Assembly: GCA_001724265.1 (NCBI GenBank)
Contig: MEDY01000251.1
Span: 1 to 44,899, forward strand
Reading direction: 5' to 3'
Source: Rhizaria sp. SCN 62-66
Taxonomy: Eukaryota
DNA: 44,899 bases
In this document: positions 31,836 through 43,893 of the stretch, piece after piece
Layout: each line of letters begins with the position of its first letter
Numbering within the stretch: position 1 is the first letter of the stretch
Position numbers and translations under genes: made by a program
Notes under the pieces: model-generated
Databases searched by the model: none
Seen by the model: the letters and a program-made list of their open reading frames with translations, nothing else
Told to the model about the DNA's origin: nothing

Positions 31836-34139
31836 TCAGCAGGGCGTAAAGTCCTTGAACAGCACAATGAGCTGCGCAAGCCCCCTGGAGACGACCTCGC
31901 ACTTGGCGAACTTGTAGGCCCACACATTGACCTTGTTGTGCTCGGTGTCGCTGTAGGGGATCTGCGCGATGCCCTTGTCGAGCAGCGTCTGCACCGGCAC
32001 CGTCTCGTGCAGCATGCGCGTCTGCATGTTTACCCACGCTTGCAATACCACGCGCAGCATCGTGCTGGGCAGCGTCGTGTACGGCAGCGACCACACGAAG
32101 AAGGCCTTCGACGGCTGCCGCTCCGTCGTGCGCGGCACCTCCTGCAGCTCCACGAACTGCGCCTGCAGCATCGAGTACAGCACCTCCTTGGCCTCCTTCT
32201 TGGGCAGCAGCGCCAGGTCCGAGACCTGCTTGTCCTCGAGGCGCGCGCGGTCCGAGAGCAGGTGGAAGACCTTGGCCGCGTTGCCGCCACATCGCTCGCG
32301 CACGAGCGACTTGGCTGCGTCGAAACGCATGCCCTGCAGCAGGCGCTCCGTGAGCAGGTAGTACTCGTTGGGCGAGTTGCGCGAAGGTCCCATGAGGTCG
32401 AGGCTGATGTGTGACAGCCGCTGGATCGCGGCGTCGAGCTCGACGGCCGAGATGAGGTCGAACTCGGCCGCGTCGTCGGGCAGCTCGCTCCGCTTCAACT
32501 CGCTGACGAGAGTGTAGAGCTGGTCGCGAACGAAAAAGAGCCGACCGCCGGTGTTGGGGGCGAGCGTGGCCTGGTGGCGCAGCAGCGCGACAACGATGCG
32601 GCCCGCCATGTGGCCCGCGCGCGTGGTGGCGTAGGCGTAGGCCATGTCCGACAGGATGTGCATCACGAACCTGTCGTGGTTGATGATGAGCGGGATCTCG
32701 CTGCTCGAGCTGCTGGAGCCCGCGCTGACGCTGCTGCCGCCGCTGGCGGCCGGGGAGGACGCGCCCGCAAAGCCGGCCATGATGTCGTCGTTGAGCGAGC
32801 TCTTGGCGCTGAGGCCCTGCTGCTCGAGCTTGAGCTCGGAGCTGGAGCTGGGGCCGGGGTTGTCCAGCTTGCGCTTGCGCGACTTGCGCGCCTGCACCTG
32901 CATCGAGGCCTCATCGAAGAAGCCGTTAGACTGGACGATGTAGCCCTGGTTCAGCATGATGTCGAAGGTCTTGAACACGCGCTTCGCAAGCGACGCCGCC
33001 TGGGTGTCCTCAGCCTACAGAGAGACGAACAAATATGCAAAGACAAAGGTGCGAGGATTCGATGAATGATTTAAAGGTATAGGTGCAAATGGGGGACTAG
33101 ATAACAAAAAGAGAGTCAAATAGAGAGTCTTGCGTACCTGCGCAATGCGCGTCATGGTGTCGCTGTCGACGGGCGTGCCCTCGAGGTACAGCGTGAGCAG
33201 CCCACTGGGCAGCGCGGCGAGCTCCTCCAGAGACATCTTGGACAGATCGGGCATCTTGGGCCCCTCTGCCGCGGTGGCGCTTCTCTCGGACTTGACCGCG
33301 ACCACGTCGTCGTCGTCACCGGCGCTGGCACTGCTGCTGCTGCTGCTGCCATCGCCGCCGTTGGCCTCTGCGGCGGCGGCCTCGCGCTCCTCGCGCTCAG
33401 CGGCCTCGTCTTCAAGCTTGCGGCGCTCCTGCTCAACGTGCTTCTTCTCCAGCTTCTCGATCACCACGGGGAGGATCTGCGCCACAGTGCGCTTGCCCGA
33501 GACGCAAAACTCCTCGGTGATGGCCAGCCCTTCCTCGCCCCACAGCCGCGAGGCCGTGGCCATGTACTCGGAGAAGCGCGACATGCCGCGGATCATGTTG
33601 ACGTCGATGTAGTAGACGAACTTCTTGACGTTGGCGGCCTTGGAGCCGGCGTTTGCTAGCGGCACGCCCGCGTCGTCGCGCGGGAACACGATGCACGGGT
33701 TGCTCAGGTGCGCGCGGCGCGGCTTGTAGGCCGCGGCGAGCGGGCCGCCCGAGCCGCGGTCACCAAAGAAGGCGGCGTCGTTGTAGTCGCCGAAGCCGGG
33801 CGCGTCGGCGCTATACTCGTCCTCGTCCTCGTCCAGGTCATCGTCGTCGCTGTCATGGGCGCGGCGGCGCGGCTTGCGGCGCGCGCGGGACTTGCGCTCC
33901 TTCGCCAGCGCCGACTTGTCGGGCTTGAGCAGCGGGACGGGGGCCGAGACGCGGACGACGTCGTGCTGGAGCATGGCGGCGATGACCTGGGCCACGGCCT
34001 CGATGTCGAGACCGGTGCGCTTGGCCAGGTCGGGCACAGTCTGGCCGTTGCGCTGGGTCAGGGCGCGCGCGATCTCGAGGCCGAGCGGGCCGAAGCGCTG
34101 GCGGACGACGACCAAACAAAAGTCGATGTAGTCCTTCAT
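31836..34139 (-). CDS. POLR3C: RNA polymerase III subunit C82/RPC62, ~726 aa
   Basis: Exon 1 is 34139-33138, the intron is 33137-33015 (GTACGC...TGTAG), and exon 2 is 33014-31836 ending in TGA. An N-terminal winged helix (VRQRFGPLGLEIARAL...AAMLQHDVV) is present, and the C-terminal SLVRERCGGNAAKVFHLL...LEDKQVSDLALLPKKEAKEVLYSMLQAQFVELQEVPRT...FFVW is typical of RPC82. Confidence 0.88.
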
Positions 34140-37100
34140 GGCTGGCGGAGAGTCAACAAGCAGTGAAAGTAAGGGCGCAGCGAGCACGAGCGAGTCTGAT
34201 GAAGTAGAAGCGAGCGGTGGGTTTGCTCGGCGTTGTTGTTTGAGCAACAACAGGTGTGGAGTGTTGTGCTTCGCGGGGACTGCTGCTCTTACGAGGAAGA
34301 GTAGAGACCAGTAGCTAGCGGGCGGGCGCAAAAACAGACGCCGGGAAAGAGAGCGGAGCTCTGTACAGAGAGAAGGGGGGACAGCAAAGAAAGATGTGGT
34401 GAGCTTAGGCGGGACAGACTTTCGCGGCTTTCGGGTTGAGGTGTAACAACATTAAATCAGAGTCTGAATAAAATGCGTAAATGAAAATAAACTTTCAAAG
34501 ACTTGGAGATACGTTGCAAAGTCTACAACGGACTTATTCCCAGACAAAAGCGTTTTCCGCGCGCCGCGCACATCAGCTAACCGAGCTCCAGTCCCGCCGA
34601 TCCCGCCAGCTGCTGCGACAAGACCTCCAACCAAGCAACGCAGCCCTGATCGCAAAGAGCCAAATCAACACTAAAAGCGAGTAGAATTATCATAATGAAG
34701 TTCAATATGTTAGCATAGTGGATGAGGGATGAAATTTAATGGTTTTCGATTTCTAAGACATTGGAGAGGCAATATGATGCAATGTATTTTATACCGTCAC
34801 AACGTGAGACGAACGTTAAAGTGGAGACAGGGGCTGCTCCACGTTCAGATTATTTTGATTTTGGTTCTGATTTGTCATAGTAAGATGATTATGAGCTTGT
34901 TGAAAGACTAGATACCAATAACAAGAGCGACGGCAATAGCAGCAGACGAAATGTAAGGTCAAGAAGTTAACATCAAGCAAACACAAAAAACAACGAACAA
35001 CAAACGAAGCCATCACACACAGAGATTTTGAGAGGACATGAATATATGAACGACAAAAAAAAGTCACAATATTATGCATCAACCCCGAGTACATCTACTT
35101 CTAGATTTTCGTAGAGTCACGGCTTGATACATATGTCTACTCTCAGTTTCCTCCACACACGAACACTCACGCTGACACGAACACAAAAACGTGAAAAAAC
35201 TACACAGCAGCGCTCCGTAGCGGTGCTTAAATGCATTGTTGTTACTTTACAAGCACTTGGTGTAGGTGTACGTGTGTTAGTGCACGCGCGAGCGAAAGTG
35301 ATCTGAGTGCGAAGTTAAAACAGGCAGACAATTCTTGACAGATCACGGGAGTTGTTATCACGATCATAACCGCGAGTTTTGTAGTTGTGTTACGATTAAT
35401 AGCAATCGCGACTTACCACATCACGAGCTCAGCAACACCAACTAGACTGAGCTAGCGCGAGCATGCGAGCAAGAGAAAGGGCAGACCAGCGGCCACGACA
35501 ACACAAGTCAACTCAAGCGACAATGAAGGCAACAACGACAAACAACAACATAAGACGACATTCACATCAACAGCAGCAGTAGTCTGACATCAACGAGTAG
35601 GACGTGTCAAAAAGAGCAGCACAGTGAATATTGTTCCATGTTACGAGAGAAAAATGAGTTGAACTGACAAGAGGCTCACATGATAATGTTTTCACAAAGG
35701 TTACGATAAAATCTCACAAAAAAACAAGGACAGGACAAAAGAGAAATTATTACCAATCGTTTTAATGATTGGTATCATACGTAAGCTGAGCGCGTAAAAT
35801 GCAAAAAACATACACGCATACACACATAGAAGAAAGGATAGCAAAGCAATCCCAAATAACAGTAATATTACCAACCTGAATCGTGGCCAGCCACACCAAC
35901 AACGCTAACTAACTCGCTACATCGCGTCACATTCGATAGATTGCAGTGTAAAGTTCACTTAAACAGTCATTTGATTAATTAGCAGTAATCTTGTCTTCAT
36001 TCATTTAATTTCATCAAAAACAAAACGACGTAAACAATGATATCGCAAGCAACATCATACTCCACTGAAGATAACTCACACTCACATTTAGTACACGTGC
36101 TCAGACACTGACACAAAACCACACTGAAGTAAAGGCAGTGTGTGAGTGCGAACAAGTCTTGAGTGCGTGTGCGTGTACGTTATCGAGTGCAGCGGAGATG
36201 TTTTGCGATAAGTGATCATTTGCCTGTCTGAAGAACTGAGTTAGGACTGAGTGACTGAGTAATTGTGGACATGATAAAATTTCAGGCTAAGGGTAAACAG
36301 TAACAATGGGGTGACTTGAGGGGGAGAAATATGTGTTGCAAAGTTGCTATACATAAAACAACACTGCTCATAGAAGTAACAGCAAACAAAAAGAAAGAAA
36401 GGGGAACAAATACCGCGTAGGGGAGAAGAAGAGGCAGCTCGACCATAGAGCAACAAAAATAACAACAAACAATGTCTCAACACAAATCACAACGAGAGTA
36501 TATAACACGCGCATGGAAAAGACTCCACCGTGCGAGTGTCTGTGACCAAGTTGGGTTTGTTGCTGTGTTAGGGCGTTGCTGTTGAAGGGGTGTTGCTGCT
36601 TGTTGAGTGCCGGCGGGGGGCGGGGCGGGGTGGGAAGTGCTGTCTATGTTGCAATCACGAGTAATACAGCTGTACTTAGAAATAAAGTACTTGCGGTTCG
36701 AACTGCACACTTAGAGACACACACTCAGGCACACAGGCGCCACCGCTGCAGAAGGGGAGCCAGGCTCAGCGTTATCATAGAGCAATCTCACTAACTCGTT
36801 CTCGCGCTATATCGATCTTTGTCTCTATTCAAATCCACTAGAGAACAAGAGTGTCTCGGACGAAAGAAAAGAGAGTTGGAAAGCAAGGAAGCGCAAGTGC
36901 ACAGCAAGACTGGGACAACAAAGAGCATGGTTGCAAAGCCTTCGCATCACATCACAGATAAAAGCCCACTGATAAGTGAAGCTGAGATCACACAAAACAA
37001 AAGAGAAACAAAATAAAGAAAACCATACAGAGGACAAAATACAACGCGTTAAAAAGAAGAGCAAATAAATGACAGGACAAAAAAAAGCAAGAAGCAAAAT

Positions 37101-37879
37101 AAGACACTGGTTTGTCACGACTATAGTAAGACTAGAGTATGCTTAACGACACCGACGAACAGCGTGGACGAACACGCTGAGACGCAGAGCAGTTGCAGCA
37201 ACGACAGTAACAACAGGCAGTGACAATACCGAGTTACATCTGGGCCAAAAGTAATAGCATCTGAGATTAACGAGATCAAAACAAAGATTGGCATAGAAAA
37301 CGCAAACAAGTAAAACAATGAAGACTACATCAATGACAACAACATCAATAAGGCGACTGTCAGAAAAGACCGCTGCGTCAGTGTCACAGTGCTTATAGCA
37401 AGTACTAGAGCATGACGAGGAACACTAACGGAGCGATCGACTTGAGGTAGCGCGTTGGTGGCTCAACACAGTGCAGAGAACAGACTGCACTGGAGTAGTG
37501 TAACGATTACACGACTCGCGAGGTGCAGCTGTTCGTCGACTGAGCCCATCCAAGCACTTCTAACCTTAAGACCAACTGATCGACTTATCATTGCGCAAAC
37601 GCTATTCTAAGAGTGTTAGCGCCCGCTTTCAATCAACAAAAGACTTCGACTAATCCAGTACATCTCGCGCTTACATAGATCTCGCGGTGGAGAACCTCTG
37701 CAACTAACAGTGTAACCACCGCCTGCGACCATGGAAGCGCAAGCTCTCTAGCCAGTCCAAGTCCCACGCCATTTGGAATATTTTTGATCACCTCAACCTT
37801 CACTCATTATTTACGCCGACTTGAGCCTCCCTTTACCACGCAGATGGCTTGACCTCGTCTTCGTAGTTGGCTCCGTTGC

Positions 37880-40800
37880 TCACTGCGCGTTCTCGGTGAT
37901 GAACTTCTGCACCGAGGCGAGCCCCTTGACGACGTCGGGCGGCAGCACGAGCATCAGCGCGCGCGTCTGTCGCGCCGACACGTTGAGTCTCTGGATGATG
38001 GGGTGGTAGATAACGATGTAAAAGAGCAGGATAAGCACAATAAAGCACACCAGGAAGGCGATGCGGAACGTATCGAAGTCCTTGATGTAGTTCTCGACGC
38101 TCTGCGAGTAGAGGTAGCCCGAGTACCCCATCGCGGGGCCCACCAAGTCGATGACGAGCCCCGAAAGCTCGGTGAAGGACGCCATCAGCGCGTCGTAGGC
38201 CGCGGACCCGGGCAGGTAGTTGGGGTTTGTGGGGCCGCCGATCAGGTGCGCGAACACGGCGCCGACTTGCGCCTCGGCCAGCCCGCGAATGCTGTTTTCC
38301 ACGGTGATGAGCGTCGCCGTGAGGCCGCGCGTCATGAGCCCGTCGGCGAAGGTGGGGCAGAACGTGGCGTACTTGTGGGGGATCATCGCGCCTGGGTAGT
38401 CCTCAGTGACGCAGGCATTATCGTACAGCAGCGTGTTTTGCAGCGCACTGTAGGGCGGCGCGCGAAGGCCGAGGGACTTGTCGCCGAAGACGATGCCGTG
38501 CTGGTACAGCGTGAAGTAGTCCATGCCCCAGATCACTTCCTGGCTAAAGGGCTACTCAGTCAGCAGTGGCGACAGCGGATAGTCGGCCTTGACTGTGGCG
38601 TAGTCGCTGAACAAGTGCTCGCGGAGGTAAAAGTAGGACCGCTGCATCATGGTCATGCGGCGCGACGCCAGCTCGACCGTGGCCGACATGGCGTAAGCGT
38701 TGTCGATGCGCTGCGTCGTCATGACGCTCATCACGATCATGTACACGGTGACGAAGATGATGAGAAAGGCGTACTTGAAGTAGAGGATGCGCATGTTGCG
38801 CTCCGACTCGGTGGTGGCGTCATCCTGCTGGCTCGTCTGATCATTGTCGTCCGACGACCCGCCGGCTGCAGAGCCGGTCTTTTTGGAGTCGTTGAGGTTC
38901 ACACCCGCGGCGGCCGCGGTGCCACCGTCGTTGAGCACCAGATTGTCGGCGCGCTCAGCCTCCTGCGACTTGTTCTTGATGTTAGCGTTGATGCGCGAGA
39001 GGTTGACGCCGCCGCTGTTGCTGTTATTGGCGTTGTTGACGGTGGGACCGAACATGTCTGCGGTCGCCGCGTAGAACGATTCGTGCGGGGGGTTGTTACC
39101 GCTGCTGGCACGACTGCCGGCGCCCCGCACGCGGCGGTAGCGCTGTAGGGCCGAGGACGAGTGGCCCGAGCCCAGCGCCGAGGCGACGCCGGAGGCCGCG
39201 GTGCGCTCCTCGAGGGCCGAGTCGTCGCCGTTCTCCCCGGGCCGGCGCTGGTTTTCGTGGAAGTCGATGGCCTCCTCGCCCTCCTCCTTCATGAGCGCGT
39301 AGACGCGGCGGCGTAGCGTGCGGCGCGTCTGGCGCGGGATGTCGAGGAACATCTCCAGTACCTGTCTCTTGCCCTGCTCGATGTGGCGGATGACAGGGAA
39401 GACGATGAAGATGAGCACGATTACGATGAAAACGACGGCGATGACGCCGATGAAGATGAGGATCATCATGAGTGCGAACCGCTGGTCGTCGACCACGCTG
39501 CGCGCGTACTGGGTCATCGTCGCGTACGTCTGCGGCAGCCGGTTGATGCCGTTGGAGAAGATGTAGTGCAGGTTGGCGTTGGCGTTGACGTCGAGGTCCT
39601 GTTGCGCGGAGGCCGAGAGCTTGACTGTGAGCACGAGCACGAAGATGAGGGACGCGTATATCTGCGTGGCCTCAAGCAGCCCCATGAGTTGCGTCGTCAC
39701 CGCGGCGCCCAGGCGTATCGACATGGCCAGGATGGGCGTGTCGTCAATGTAACTCATGGCGCGCGTGCGGACGTACGTGGAGGCTGCTACCCCGACCTGC
39801 AGCTCCCGTGCGGGGGCCGAGATGGACTCTGCGAAGTCGAGGAACACGCTCTGCACCGTTGTGGGCACCGTCATCGACGGCACGAAAAGCACGTCCAGCG
39901 TGGCCGTTTCGACCAGCGACGCCGTGCGCGCGTTTATCATGCTCGACTGCACCAACGCCATGCGCTGCCCAGAGTGGCGCACGTAATCGATCTGGTTGCG
40001 GATCCGCGTGAAGTAGAGCGACGTCACCAGGAAGCCCGCGATGGCGGAGACCCACAGCAGCACCACGAGCACGATGAAGAAGCGTGACATGCGCGCAAGG
40101 CCGGCAGAGGTCTTGACGTTTTCCTGCTCGATCACGCGCATGAGCCGCTTGTGGCCCTTGCGCTTGGTGCCGCCGTTACTGGCGAGCGACGAGTCGTCCG
40201 TGATGCGCGACTCCGTCTCGGTGCCCGAGAAGCCCGACATGCCGCTGCCGCCCATGAGCTCGCGCGCGCGCGCACGCTTGTGCCGGCGCACGAGCTTGCG
40301 CTTGCGGATCGCCATGTCAGACTCGGCCGTGGGCTTGGCCTCCGCTTCGGCGGGCACCAGCATCGTCACCGTGTTGGCCTTGCCGCCGGCGGCGGGCGTG
40401 TCGGGGTCGCTCATCGTGCCACCAGCCTTGCCGGCAGCCGTGCGGCCGCCGCGGTGGCCCGCCGAACCGCGCGCGAAGGCGCCGTTGGCCGAGAGCATGG
40501 CGTTGAGCGGGTGCGGCTTGGGACCGGCGGCGATGACGCTGCTGCCGTGGGACGAGCTGTTCTCGTCGTCGTCCATCGTCATGCGCGCCAGACTCACCTT
40601 GGCGCCAGCGCCGTTCTTGTTGTTGACCGCCGCGCCATCCGACACGTGGCCGCTGGCGCCCTTGGTCTTGGTGCTGAGGCGGGCCGCGCCGGCGCCGGGG
40701 GAGATGAGCCCGTCATCATCGCCCGAGGAGGTGCTGAGGCGGCGGCGCGACTGTGAGGCGGTCTGCGCGACGCCGTCAGAGAGGTCGTCGCCCTCGCCGA

Positions 40801-43330
40801 ACTCGCCGTCGGAGCCCGAGTCGTCCTCCTCCGAGTCGGCCATGTCCAGGTGCACGCGCACGAAGGTGATCGTGGTCGACGCCACAACGACCGAGACAAC
40901 CCACGCGTGGAGCGGGAACTGCTCCTGCGTGAGAACGTTGCGACCGTAGGTCGACAGCCCGGCCTTGGTGCCAATCTGCTCCCACGCGCGCTCCGTCTGG
41001 TCCACGTCGTTCTGGTGGAACAGGTCGGGCAACATGTGGTGGATGAGCACTTCCTTGCTGGCGAACTTCTCGCGCGACACGCCGAAGAGGTGGTAGCACG
41101 GCAGTGTGCAATAGTCGACAGCGCGCGTCTTAAGGTTGATCATGAGGTGCACGTCATTGGTTGCGTCGATGGCCTGCAGAACGCCGACCATCTTGCCGTT
41201 GGCCTGGTCGGCCCAGCGGATAAAGAGGTTGATGGGGAAGATGTGTCCGGCCTTGTGCAGCGCGAAGGCCACGCGCGTCGTGTTGAGAATGCGCGACTCG
41301 TTGCGGTTCAGGAAGTCGATGAGTAGATTGTCGTGGATCTCGGCCAGCGGCGACGGGATGATCTTGAGGATGTTGTGCCCGATGAGGTCGCTGGCCTGCG
41401 CGTAGCCGAACTGGCGCCGGCCGGCGATGTTGACGCTTTCGATCTCGCCGAGCCGGTTACGGTCCACGATGACGCCGAAGACTGCGTTGCGGTCATCGAA
41501 AATGTCGAGGTTGGTGTCGAGGCGCTGGAGGAAGTCGCCGCGCTGCATGTTGGCGTTGAGCGTCTGCGCGCGCACGGCCTCGACGTTCTCGGCCTTGGCG
41601 AAGAGCGCGCCCGCGCGGGAAGGGTCGCCCAGCAGGTCCATCATGAAGATGGCGAAGGCGCGCAGTACGGGGATCGAGTTGGGGTTGATCTGCAGCAGTT
41701 TCTCGTAGTTGACAGTGGCGCGCGACATGGCCTGGCGCGCCGTGTGGCCCAGGTTCGACAGCGTGTCGATGTCGGGTGACGGCCGCAGCAACTCAGACCA
41801 GAACTGGAACAGCGACTTGGCGGCCGCGCGCACGCACGCGTCGGCGACCTCCTTACGCGACTTGAACTCGAGGTACGACTGGACCTCGGAGGACTGAGCC
41901 GCGGCGGTGCCCTTGTCGAGCACGCGGCGGTAGAAGGCGACCATAAAGCGGAGGTCGAAGGACGGGTTGGTGAGGTCGCAGGCCTGCGCCTCACCGTAAG
42001 CCAGCACCTTGTTGTCGATGATGAAGATGAAGAAGCAGGAGAACATGATGTGGAGGTAGGAGCTCTTGGGGAAGCGGTGCACGCCGCGCTGGTACACGTG
42101 CTCGATCTCGAGGTGGCAGTCGCGCATCTTGTTCGAGTCCGCCTCGCTGGGGTCGAAGTACAGCCACGGGTCCTGGCGCAGCGTGCGGATCAGCGTGCGC
42201 GCGCGCAGCTCGAACAGGTGCGGCTCCGACAGGTTGTGGTCGCGGAGGCTCTCGACGAGGGCGTAGCGTGCGCGCACAAGCAGCAGCGACGCGATGAGCA
42301 GCACGGGGAGGAAGGCGTAGAACATGACGGCCGTGCCGCGCTGCTCGTCGTCGAAGAGCGTCACGAAGAAGCACGCGAAGCCGGTCCACGCGAGCGTGAG
42401 GCAGGAGAAGAATTCAAGCCCCTGGTACACGTCGTCGAAGTGCGGCAGGATGCGCCACTGGTACACGGCCTGTAGCATCCCCAGCACGATCATGACGATG
42501 GAGAACGGGTAGCGGCCGTTGGTGCCGGTGACGGAGCAGAAGAGGATGACGAGGATGAAGCGCGCGATGAGCGAGTGGATCGCGGCGCGGCCCGTGCTCT
42601 TGGCGTTGAAGTTCTTGTGCAGCGCGCGCGGGTTGAAGTTCTGGTCAAAGAAGCAGCCCTCGGCAAAGACGCAGAGCGCGATGAGGAGCGCGATGAGCAC
42701 GATGGCGATGATGGTGTAGAGGATGTGGATTCCGTTCCAGCACGTCACGGTCGGGAAGAAGGGGTTCCGCGAGTGCGAGCCCGGCGTGAACTGCGCGCAG
42801 CCCATGAGCATCTTGCACAGCCCGGCGAGGATGGGGATGTAGAAGAGGTTGCACATCAGGCGCAGCAGTACGCGCGACACAGCGACGGGCCACATCCAGT
42901 TGAGCTTGCGGCACATGATAGAGGAAAAGATGAAAAAGGCAAAGAAGCCCGCGGTGAGGCAGGCGGCGACGGTGAACTCCTCCATGGTGCCACTCTCGCC
43001 GGGGAACTGGCTGACACTGTGCGTGACGACGGCCACGACGTGGGTGGCGCGCACGCTCCACGGGTAGTCGACGAACTTGAAGAAGGCGAAGTGGATGAAC
43101 TGGAGCCAGACGACGGCCCAGAGCAGGAAGGCGAACAGTGGGGAGATAGACACGTCGTCACAGACAACCATGAAGGACCAGAAAATAGCCTTCTGGACGT
43201 TATTGGCCCATCGCGCAAGAACTTGCACAACGCCTTCGTATTCTTCGTCAAATACGAGGGCCTTGTAGGAGGTCACGGCGTTGTTGTTGAGGAGCTGGCG
43301 CGTGTCCTGCTCATAGGCGGCGGTGGACAT
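37880..43330 (-). CDS. TmcB/TmcC-like multi-pass membrane protein with TPR-like and PAS regions, ~1816 aa, in-frame TAG at 38552-38554
   Basis: The N-terminus has multiple TM segments, followed by FWSELL, LLQINPNSIPVLRAFAIFMMDL, and a PAS region (IESVNIAGRRQFGY...LIGHNILKIIPSPLAEIHD...FALHKAGHIFP). ORFs 38552-43330 and 37880-38536 are in the same frame (LTE*PFSQEVIWG). The downstream part supplies the final TM and the C-terminal PIIQRL...TRALMLVLPPDVV motif, then TGA. Confidence 0.8.
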
Positions 43331-43877
43331 GGAGAGCGGGGACGCGGAAGCGGTGGCGCGCGGCAGTGACGAGGACGCGCGGAGGACGACGGATACGAAA
43401 AAAAGCGAAGGACTGGGGACGAGACCGCAGACCGAGCGCTGTAGTGGCGGTTAAATGGTCAAGCCAGCGGAGGGAAAAAGAGCCCCAAAGCGGGGAACAC
43501 CGAGTAAGCTGGCTGGTGTTTGAAAGAAACACAGCGCCGCTAAGTGACGCGTCTAAATAGAGTTATAGACACAGTATAGAGAGAGGAAATAGACGTCAGA
43601 CAAAGGGTTTTTGGAATGAACGTTGGAGCAGTACTGGCCCCTTGTTGCAAAAACAGTTTAGGGATATTTCGAGATAGACTCACTGTCAGTGCTCATGAGA
43701 ACAAAACTAGAGAATAATAATAAAACATTCTACACAGAACCTTCAATTTGAACCGAACAGGTGCTTCTATTAGTGCGAAAGAGCGGACGCCGTGACTGCC
43801 CAGAATGCAGAGCAGGCTAGCTCGTTGGTAGGTCGGTCAGCCCGCTCCGTCGGTCTAAGATTTTTTCGGAACCACGC

Positions 43878-43893
43878 TTCTCTCTCTCTCTCT
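43878..43893. repeat. (CT)n microsatellite
   Basis: A run of ttctctctctctctct lies upstream of the TmcB-like gene. Confidence 0.5.

Noticed and set aside
33015-33017. TAG ending ORF 33015-34331 as a terminal stop or recoded codon
   Set aside because: It is the 3' splice acceptor of the POLR3C intron (TGTAG|GCT).
36690-36710. GGTTCGAACT, a tRNA T-loop/B-box-like motif (searched as a candidate tRNA-CUA)
   Set aside because: I could not build a cloverleaf, acceptor stem or A-box around it. No tRNA gene is evident in the window.
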